A stretch of DNA of 64,000 nucleotides from Geosiphon pyriformis uo1 (lineage: Eukaryota; Fungi; Glomeromycota), in assembly GCA_016748015.1 (NCBI GenBank), contig JAAOMT010000128.1:1681538-1745537 (forward strand). The letters run 5' to 3'. Within the stretch, counting starts at the first letter, position 1. Each line of letters opens with the position of its first letter. The notes beneath the pieces are model-generated. The model ran no database searches, was not told where the DNA came from, and saw nothing but the letters and a program-made list of their open reading frames with translations. Below are positions 11,888 to 20,773 of this stretch, piece after piece. Position numbers and translations under genes: made by a program.

Positions 11888-12817
11888 ATGTTCGACCCAG
11901 TGGACGAATTCCAGGACTACTACCAACAACTATGCCCCACTCGACAAGAGCAAGAACAATACCTCACCCAAATCAACACTTACCTCTGCGAAAACTGTCT
12001 CATCCCGTGCCAAAGTCAGTGCTGTGAAGAGTGTCAAGATGAAAGGGACTTAGAAAGAAAAATGGAAATTGAGAATCAGCAGTCTCAAAATCAATCAATA
12101 AATCAACAAGACTCACCTGACGGTCCCGAGTCAAAAAAATTTGTAGCCTATACCGACCTAGAACAGGTGACCGACATCCGATACTTTGACAACGGGCATT
12201 TAGGAATAATACCCGAAAGAGCCCATCCAACTGATGCCGGATTCGATCTATGTTATCTGGAAGACCAATCCACAACGTTACCACCCAGGAGCATCACCAA
12301 AATCGACCTAAAAATAGCAGTTGAAATTCCGCCAGAAATAATAGTTCAAATGGCGTCGCAATCAAGCCTCGCGAAAAAAGAAATAAGCGTTCAAGGAGGA
12401 GTAATTGACTCTGGATACACTGGAAATTTGATGGTTTTGCTACAGAACAATTCAGAAAAGCCTTATACCATTGAATCTAAGGAAAAGATTGCACAAGCAA
12501 TTTTCCTACCATTGGTAAAAATTGGGAAATTTGTGCCAGTGGAAAATCGTAAAGAATTGTCACAAACAATGAGAGGAACTTTTGGTTTTGGATTGACAGG
12601 AAAAGGAATTGAAGCAAATTTTGCTGAAACAATAGAGGAAAAAGGCGAAGTAATTAAAAATGAGCGGTCCATCACACTCCTATCATATGGAAAATCAGAA
12701 ATAAGAATAAAAAGGACAATTAAAGAAAAAGACCTAATATTTGAGCCCTACCCAGAAACTTGCCAACAGTTTCTCATAGGACTTACTAACCTTTTTATTC
12801 CAGCTGATAAAGCTTAA
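11888..12817 (+). CDS. pol: Pol segment of C containing a dUTPase (~12203-12601); segment misplaced by the assembly
   Basis: All five trimeric dUTPase motifs: AGFDL, S(Q)SSL, GVIDSGYTG, (K)IAQ, RGTFGFG(L)TG. Confidence 0.9.
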   Translation: MFDPVDEFQDYYQQLCPTRQEQEQYLTQINTYLCENCLIPCQSQCCEECQDERDLERKMEIENQQSQNQSINQQDSPDGPESKKFVAYTDLEQVTDIRYFDNGHLGIIPERAHPTDAGFDLCYLEDQSTTLPPRSITKIDLKIAVEIPPEIIVQMASQSSLAKKEISVQGGVIDSGYTGNLMVLLQNNSEKPYTIESKEKIAQAIFLPLVKIGKFVPVENRKELSQTMRGTFGFGLTGKGIEANFAETIEEKGEVIKNERSITLLSYGKSEIRIKRTIKEKDLIFEPYPETCQQFLIGLTNLFIPADKA

Positions 12818-13394
12818 TGGATAAAAATTCCTATCGCAAACACCACAGAAGAATCTGTCTACATTCCGGAAGATACCATCATTGGATACCTCGGAATGGA
12901 GCTAGAAAACGTGTCAACACCACAAAAAATTCTGAATTTCCCAGAAATCGCCCTCTACTGTGAACTCACTTCAATAAATTGGCAACAACTGGTAGAATGC
13001 TATCAATTTATGCCAGAAGAATTGGCCAAATTAAACATTGGAACAATGGATCCCGACCAACAGCGACAATTAAAAGCATTAATTTTAAAATACTCTGATA
13101 TATTTTCAAGAAATGGCGAATTTGGAAGAACCAACTTGGTTTAACACCAAATCCCCACTGGAGACGCCAGACCTGAAAAACAACGCACTTACCGTGTCCC
13201 ACCAATAGAGCATAATTTTATCAGAGAAGAAGTCCAAAGCATGTTGGAAAAAGGAATAATACAACCATNNNNNNNNNNNNNNNNNNNNTCCAAACTACCA
13301 AAATTATCAACAAACTTACCTTAATATACTGGAAAACCTGATCATCGGAAACAATGATGGTAGAAACATAAACAGAACCAAGAATTCCTCCAAA

Positions 13395-14766
13395 TTGAGC
13401 CAGACAATACCACCAGCAGTTGCCACCAAAGATAGCAGCCTCGCAGCTATTTTTCCTTTTGAATTAGAGGAAAACAAGGCTATGTTCAGTGGAGCAGCAT
13501 TGGACAAAAAACGCCCAATCACTGCTATGTATACGGAAGCCACTGTAAACAATACCCCAATCAAACTTATCTTAGACAGCGGATCCGCTGGAAGCATCGT
13601 AATGTTTCAACTAGTAAACCAACTGGGTTTCAAAGTTGATCGTGTTGCGATGTCCCAAATCATAACAGCCAATGGAAGTACAAAGCTGCCTTATGGCGAA
13701 ATCGACTCATTCCCTTTCGAAATTAACGGCATAGTAATACCTACAAAAGTATTAGTAATGGACGCTACACAATATCAAGCGTTAGTAGGGAATGACTGGC
13801 TAACAAAAACCAACACCACCCTAGACTGGACCACCCAAGAGCTTCTGATCAATTATAATGGCCACCAGGCCAAAATTCCAGCCACCTGTGGCCACTTCCA
13901 AAAACCCAGCGCCAACCAAAGACCTACCTTCGAATTTGAGGAAAATCCAGCACTACCAGCCATCGAAACCTATCAGCTCTCTTGGGCTGATGACCAAAGA
14001 ACAGGACTACCAGCCGTATCAACGTGGACCAGCAAAGAAAGATCCGAATGGAACCAGGTAAGTTCACGAAGAAACCATCAGCGACGCAGACCAAAGCTAG
14101 AATGCTTGGTTTGCAAGAAGAAACTCTCGTCTATGACTGCGTGCAACGCACCGGACGAAAACCCAAGAAACCCCACCCACTACTATTGTAACCGTTGTAA
14201 CAAAGGAAAATACGGTTACCCAGAAAGACACGGAAAATGGGACGAAGAACTGTGCCTTGCTTGTGGAGAACCATTACCAAGAGGGTGCGACTGGAACAAC
14301 TTACCAGGCAGAGGAGGAATGTGTGACGCAACTTGCCAATACACGATCCTCATCTATGACTGGGTAAGAGGAGGAACGCCATTCGAAGCAGTATTCAACA
14401 GAGCGTTAAAAAGACTACAGCACTACTCACACGATGAGGACGAGTTGTACAACACCACACAAGCCAAAGTAAGAGGAGAAACCGCCAAAGAAATACGACA
14501 TTGGAAAGAGTCAGCCGAAGTAGCCGACGAAGTCGCCAGCTACAACATGTTCGACCCAGTGGACGAATTCCAGGACTACTACCAACAACTATGCCCCACT
14601 CGACAAGAGCAAGAACAATACCTCACCCAAATCAACACTTACCTCTGCGAAAACTGTCTCATCCCGTGCCAAAGTCAGTGCTGTGAAGAGTGTCAAGATG
14701 AAAGGGACTTAGAAAGAAAAATGGAAATTGAGAATCAGCAGTCTCAAAATCAATCAATAAATCAAC
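13395..14766 (+). CDS. pol: Pol segment of C: aspartic protease followed by a Cys-rich domain
   Basis: LILDSGSAGS and ALVGNDWL protease motifs; then CLVC...HYYCNRC...CLAC...CDATC...CENCLIPCQSQCCEEC. Confidence 0.9.
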
Positions 14767-15008
14767 NNNNNNNNNNNNNNNNNNNNGAATTGGCCAAATT
14801 AAACATTGGAACAATGGATCCCGACCAACAGCGACAATTAAAAGCATTAATTTTAAAATACTCTGATATATTTTCAAGAAATGGCGAATTTGGAAGAACC
14901 AACTTGGTTTAACACCAAATCCCCACTGGAGACGCCAGACCTGAAAAACAACGCACTTACCGTGTCCCACCAATAGAGCATAATTTTATCAGAGAAGAAG
15001 TCCAAAGC

Positions 15009-16202
15009 ATGTTGGAAAAAGGAATAATACAACCATCAATGAGCCCATGGTCCTCACCAGTTGTTTTAGTAAGGAAAAAGAACGGAAAAATTAGATTTTG
15101 CGTCGACTATTGCAAACTAAACAGCAAAACAACCAAAGACTCATACCCAATACCGTTAATTGACAAAATCTTCGACATTTTTGGAGGAGCAAAATGGTTT
15201 TCTACACTGAACTTGACCAGTGGGTACTGGCAAGTGGAAATGGACCCAAAAGACAGGCATAAAACAGCATTCACAACACAAAATGGCAATTATAAGTTTA
15301 ATGTAATGCCATTTGGATTAACAAATGCTCCCGCGACATTCCAAAGACTAATGGACGTAATTTACTCCGGAATCCTGTGGCAATCCGTTGTTGTCTACTT
15401 GGATGATACAAATGTTTTCTTGTCAAAATTCACGGATCATCTCCAACATTTACAACAAGTTTTTGAGAGATTGAGACACGCTGGACTTAAACTAAATCTA
15501 GAAAAATGTTTCTTTGGGAAAAATGAGCTAGCATTTTTAGGACACGTAGTTGGAAAAGATGGAATAAAACCAGATCCATCAAAAATAGACAAAGTGAAAA
15601 ATTTTCCAGTACCTCGAAACGTCTCAGAAGTTAGAAGCTTTTTAGGACTTGCATCTTACTACTGCTGCTTTGTAGAAAACTTTTCAAACATCGCCAAACC
15701 CCTTAATTACCTACTATCTAAAAATGTGAAGTTTGAATGGACTGAAGCACAACAAAAAGCTTTTGAGTACCTTAGACAAAAGCTCATTGAATCACCAATA
15801 ATGATCTATCCGAATTTCAACAAGAAATTTATTTTGGCCACAGATGCCTCTGGAACTGGACTTGGAGCCATTCTGTCACAAAAAGATGATAATGGAAGAG
15901 AACGTGTAATCACTTATGCCAGCAGAAGTCTCAGTACGGCAGAACAAAACTACGCAGCACATGAACTTGAATGCTTAGCAGTAATCTGGAGTTGTGTTCA
16001 CTTTGACACATATTTACGGTACCAACCCTTTGAGATTACGACAGATCATAGAGGTCTGGTCTGGTTAAATAACAAGAAAGCGCTAAAAGGAAAATACGCC
16101 AGATGGTCACAAACGTTAGCACCATACGATTATATTATCAAATACAAAGAAGGTACCAAAAATGCTAATGCCGACTGTTTGTCAAGAATGAGACACACAT
16201 AA
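15009..16202 (+). CDS. pol: Reverse transcriptase and RNase H of C, ending in a stop codon
   Basis: SPWSSPVVLV, RFCVDY, MPFGLTNAPATFQ, YLDD, TDAS, ELE, TDH, NANADCLSR then MRHT-stop. Ty3/Gypsy-type RT. Confidence 0.95.
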   Translation: MLEKGIIQPSMSPWSSPVVLVRKKNGKIRFCVDYCKLNSKTTKDSYPIPLIDKIFDIFGGAKWFSTLNLTSGYWQVEMDPKDRHKTAFTTQNGNYKFNVMPFGLTNAPATFQRLMDVIYSGILWQSVVVYLDDTNVFLSKFTDHLQHLQQVFERLRHAGLKLNLEKCFFGKNELAFLGHVVGKDGIKPDPSKIDKVKNFPVPRNVSEVRSFLGLASYYCCFVENFSNIAKPLNYLLSKNVKFEWTEAQQKAFEYLRQKLIESPIMIYPNFNKKFILATDASGTGLGAILSQKDDNGRERVITYASRSLSTAEQNYAAHELECLAVIWSCVHFDTYLRYQPFEITTDHRGLVWLNNKKALKGKYARWSQTLAPYDYIIKYKEGTKNANADCLSRMRHT

Positions 16203-16232
16203 AAATCACCAANNNNNNNNNNNNNNNNNNNN

Positions 16233-17179
16233 CAATAACAACAAGAAACAACTGTTATATTGCAGTAGCCATGGACTATCTCACCAAATGGCCAGAAGCT
16301 AGAGCTATTAAAACAGCTGATGCTATTTTCGTAGCTCAATTTGTACATGAAGACTTAATTTGCCGACATGGATGTCCACAAGAATTGCTATCAGATCAAG
16401 GCACACACTTCGTAAACAGCACCTTAAAAGAACTTAGCCAAAAATTTGGAATCAAGCGACCACTGTTATCACCATACCATCCTCAAACAAATGGATTAGT
16501 TGAAAGATTTAATCACACATTATGCAAATCACTGGCGAAAATTAGTAACGAACATGAAAAAGAATGGGATTTGTTCATACCAGCAGTACTACTAGCATAT
16601 AGAACAGTAAAACAAGATACTACACAATTCACACCGTTCGAACTAGTTTATGGAAGAAAAGCCATATTACCCGTTGAACTTACTATTCCAACTTATCCGA
16701 GTGACACTATCACGGAAGCAACATTCCAGGAAATACTACTTAGAAGAACATACGAATTAATGGGAACTTTAGAAAACAAAAGAAAAAAAGCAACACAAAA
16801 TATTGAACAATCACAAGAACAACAAAAAGTGAGACATGATAACCAGTTACCAGATAATATAATTAGCTACAAAATTGGAGATAAAGTATTGTTGCATCGT
16901 ACAAAAATGGAAAAACAGTGGAGTGGAAAATTTGATCACAAGTGGGATGGACCATTTTATATTCATGAAATACTTGGAAATGGAGCATACAAGCTAAAAC
17001 TAGATGATAAAATATTAAAAAAAGCAGCACATGGTAACCGGCTGAAATTCTATTACAGTAAACCAGTAATAACAACAAAAACACCCAGAATTGGAACACA
17101 ATTACCTTTAATTCTACCAGAACAAATTCCACGAGATTTAGAACCAATAGTTTTAATTGAACATTATTCGAAAAGATAA
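16233..17179 (+). CDS. Integrase of C (N-terminus lost in gap 16213-16232)
   Basis: DYLTKW, SDQGTHF, YHPQTNGLVERFN, TPFELVYG and C-terminal WDGPF (GPY/F) module. No chromodomain visible. Confidence 0.95.
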
Positions 17180-17263
17180 TTAATCTTAGATAACAGAAAA
17201 AATGATTTAACAACCATAAAAACGCATGCAAAAGATTTCAAAATAACAGTCAAAATTAAAACA

Positions 17264-17932
17264 ATGATACTTATTCCAGAAAACATCAACAATATAACTC
17301 AACAATTAGTTGAAAGCTTACAACAATTAAAATCCGATCTAGAAATCACAGTTAATAGCTCCAAAATAACATACATCAAAAGAACAATAGAAAATCCAAA
17401 AACAAGAAAAGAACATAATATCGAACCATATAATATTGCCAAATATAACAACAAATTTATTAGCAAAGTTATTGAAAAATTAGAGATAGCATTGGGCAAT
17501 ACATTAATAATGGAAGAAATAGAAATAAGTGAATTAACACCAGACACATTTAGCAACTTGAAAACGAAATTCCCAATTAATTACTGTTATTATCAACTAG
17601 GAAAGCACTTGAACATACAAACATTATACTCAAAAGACTCAACTAGAGTGTTTGACAAAACAACTATCCAACTATTAGAACCTTTCATTGGAAAAACCAA
17701 CACTACATTCCATTCAAAAACAGTTTACAGAATTTTCAAAGCATTTGAAAACTGTCACAAATTATTGTTGGACCCAACCATGAACATAATAACAATCAAC
17801 AGTATTGGATGACTTACCAACTCACAATTTCAAGAATTACAACAACAAATTAATAACACAGTATTGAACCACTATAGTAACTTAGAATTTAATGAAAAAA
17901 TTAACTTCGATTTCGACGGAGCTCAATCTTGA
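17264..17932 (+). CDS. Extra ORF3 of C, between integrase and PPT; unknown function; one internal TGA at 17810-17812
   Basis: Own ATG (aaaacaATG). Homologous ORFs at the same position in E (34371-35002) and A (~41020-41662) share NYCYYQLGKHLNIQTLY / NFCYYHLEQNLNIQNLY. Confidence 0.75.
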
Positions 17933-17941
17933 AAGGAGGGG
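17931..17941 (+). promoter_or_regulatory. Polypurine tract of C
   Basis: gaaaggagggg, 4 nt before the 3' LTR TG. Confidence 0.85.
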
Positions 17942-17945
17942 ATAA

Positions 17946-18775
17946 TGTTACGGTTTAAGAATTTAGCAAAAAGAATCATAAAAATAATACAAACTATTCA
18001 ATCATAATATAGCACAGTAATAATCTTAGAAAGGTAATGATTAACATAGTAGCAAACACCATCTCGCGATAGTGGCAAGCACCAGTTCACAATAGCAGCC
18101 AACACCAACTGGTGATAGCAGCAAGCACCAGGTTGAAATATCAAAAAGAAAGTATTTTCTCGTAGAACTACAAACATGTATATATACAGTAGTTTTAATA
18201 TTGGGAAAGAAAAAAATCAAGTAATAAAAATCATAACTTATCAAATCATACTTTCAAATTAAATATCCCAAGAAACCTTTAAAAATCAAAAAGAAATGAA
18301 AAAGAATATTTAAAATAGAACTATCACAACCCAAAGTATTAAGAAACTTACTTGTATTATTTATTGAATGAAACTATTATTCATCAACTGAATCCCTTGG
18401 AAGAATAATCCTTGATCAAGATTATTTACGTTGTTACTAATTGATAAAAGCTTTATTGTGAGAATTAGAAAAGCGCTAAAGACCATTAACATTCTGTGTT
18501 TCTAGATTAGAGAAACACATCAGGCAATTGCAAGGATAGCCTCAGAGAAGACCCCAGACAGTGGGTAGATTTCAGTTCAGCCTCTGAGAAGGAGTACATA
18601 AACACACACAACAATCAAGAATTAAAGAATAACTTACATCACAACAGTAAAAAGAAAGCCTTCAGTGTAACAGTGACATTATCACACAAATAGAATTGAG
18701 AAACTCACGAAAGACTGATTGCAATTAAAGCGGGATATCAGCAATTAAATATAACAAGAAAACCATCTCGTAACA
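17946..18775 (+). repeat. 3' LTR of C (830 bp) with a 4 x 23-bp U3 array (18047-18138) and TATA (~18178-18185)
   Basis: TGTTACG...CGTAACA; units tagYRgcaaRcacca... at exact 23-bp spacing. Confidence 0.95.
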
Positions 18776-18779
18776 ATGG

Positions 18780-20634
18780 GCTGAAATCTTTTGAACAGTT
18801 ACAAGCTGAATACAAGACAGCTTCCGTTGTGCAGTTTGCAAATTCTTCTGGAATTCTTGGCCGACTGTTTAAACATCAAATTTTGGATTTGCAGGTTTTG
18901 TGCTGGGCTTCGTTGAATCCTCTGCAATATCCTGTTAAGCTAAGAGTGAACACTTTAAACAATTTTTTAGCAGGTGTGGTTTGTATATTTCTTGACAACA
19001 AGCTGTCTTTGGATAACAGGCTTCCCTGTGCCTTTCACTCTCCTGGCCGTTTCCCAATGGCATTAGTATTGGGTGATCCTTTGTATTTCAATGTGGTTTG
19101 CTCCTTAAAAATTGTTGGTGTGGCGTATAGTGACCAACTTCTGGACAAAAATGGTTTTATTGTTAGTTGGCGTACATTTTGCCGATAGAAAAGACTTGGT
19201 TCTAGAGACCCTGTGCCTTTATGATTTTTGAAGGCCTCTGCTTACTTGAATAATTGTTTGCATGCTCCTTCTCCTGCGAGTTTAGCTTCTGTCTGTGCTA
19301 GTGTTTTGGATTCAACATCTTTTGCCAACATTTGTGATGAGATTGATGTTTATACTGACGGTTCTCTTAGAAGTTTGGGTACATTTCAGATGGCGTGTGG
19401 TGCTGCCGTTTATTTTCCTAGCTTGAACAAAGGTTTAGAAGTGGAGGTACATAGTGTGCTGTCTTCGACCCTGGCTGAATTATAGGCTGTTGCCCTGGCT
19501 CTGGAGTGCATTTCCGTCTCTGTTTCAGTGGCTTTGCACATGGATAGTTAAGTGGCTATCGATGCATGTGTGGCTGAATTGGGTCTGTTACAGCCGGATT
19601 GTCACAATAGTTGCTGAATAGAAAGGCGCCATGTGGTTAATTTGATTGAATCCAAAGATCTGACTGTCCACTGGATCAAGGTCAAAGGTTATGCTGGCAT
19701 TGCTGGTAATGTTTTGGCTAATGTTCTTGCTGAACAGACTGCGCACTCTGGGGTCTCTCTCTCTGCCAGGATTAATTATAGATATGTGGTTGCTGATGAC
19801 AGGCCAGTTTCCGGTAATGCCTGCCATTTTGTACGTGACATTTTTTGTTCTATTTGCAAGTTTCAGTGGGAGGTGGGTCCCGGCCAAAGAGTTGTGTCTT
19901 GTTTGTTTGGTCTGGTTGTCGATTGGAATAGTACCGCTCTAGTTTGGCACCCTGACTTTCATATGCTCTCTGGGAGTATGTGTCAAGCCACTGCTGCTCT
20001 TCATACGTACTTTATGAAAGCTGTCCATTTCAGGTTGCCTGTTGTTGTTCGAAAAAAGTTGTATAATAAGGTTTACTCTGGTGTGTCTTGTTTGTTTTGT
20101 GGTGATGTGGAACTCCCCGATCATGGTTTTACTTGTGTTAAGGATGCTTCTGTGCAGTTGGATATTTTGGGTGATTTTGGTGGTTTGTGGAGAACTCTGA
20201 TGAGTCCAAATCTACTGTCGCCATTTTTTGTGCTGTGAGATCTCTCTCTGGGGGTGTCTGATGTTGGGTTGTATTCGGTTTTTTGCAAGGGATTTGTTCT
20301 CAAAAGTTGGATGGATGAGACCACTGCTTCTCTCGGTGACAAGAAGAAAGCGGCCATTGTGGTGGTGGATTTCATCTGTTGTTTGGCTAAGAGTCATAGG
20401 ATGAACCTCTGGCTCTTTAGAACTAAGTTCAGATCTGACATGAAGAGAAGTGGTTTGATTGGTGATGATGTTTTTGTGGCCAGTGCTCTTGGTATGGGTG
20501 CTTTGCCTCTTTCAGTTAGCACAGTCTATCTTATTGGTGTGCTAGATTCTCTTGATGTCAGTTTCGGTTTTAGGAGTAGGTTCTTGTTTTTGTCTGGTGC
20601 TGTTCATAGGGTTAGTGTTTCAATAAGTGCGTAG
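18780..20634 (+). pseudogene. LINE ORF2 3' part: RNase H and C-terminal CCHC finger
   Basis: VYTDGSL, AEL, DS, WIKVKG(Y)AGIAGN RNase H motifs; CLFCGDVELPDHGFTC; stop at 20634; several transition-derived stops. Confidence 0.85.
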
Positions 20635-20773
20635 TGTTGCCTTGATTGGCTCGAGTGGCCGGTCACATGTAGCAAATGTGTGAACCATGTTTAGTTGGCT
20701 ACTTTTCTTTGTAACTTATTCTAGACTTTGATTGGGCTGCACTCGTTAATAAATAAATAAATAAAAATATTAA

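Larger units (their letters stand above)
9324..18775 (+). mobile_element. Gypsy LTR retrotransposon C (youngest-looking), inserted in LINE ORF2
   Basis: Termini TGTTACG...CGTAACA; TSD ATGG (9320-9323, 18776-18779). LINE codons ctt tat gg|g ctg aaa rejoin in frame. PBS, gag, PR, dUTPase, RT, RH, IN and PPT all present. Confidence 0.95.
4518..20765 (+). mobile_element. Full-length non-LTR retrotransposon (LINE; APE-RT-RNase H-CCHC), split by element C
   Basis: ORF1 plus ORF2, (TAAA)n tail at ~20747-20765, TSD aatattaa at 4510-4517 and 20766-20773. B protease sequence rejoins across it. Confidence 0.9.

Noticed and set aside
11520-15036. Tandem duplication of protease/pol segments, or dUTPase upstream of protease
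   Set aside because: The duplicates are near-identical and bounded by 20-N gaps. Uninterrupted element E shows PR-Cys-dUTPase-RT.
16900-17179. Chromodomain at the integrase C-terminus
   Set aside because: After the GPF module there is only a short Pro/Ile-rich tail with no chromodomain aromatic pattern.
17264-17932. ORF3 as an envelope gene
   Set aside because: It is short, with no visible signal peptide, furin site or transmembrane segment.
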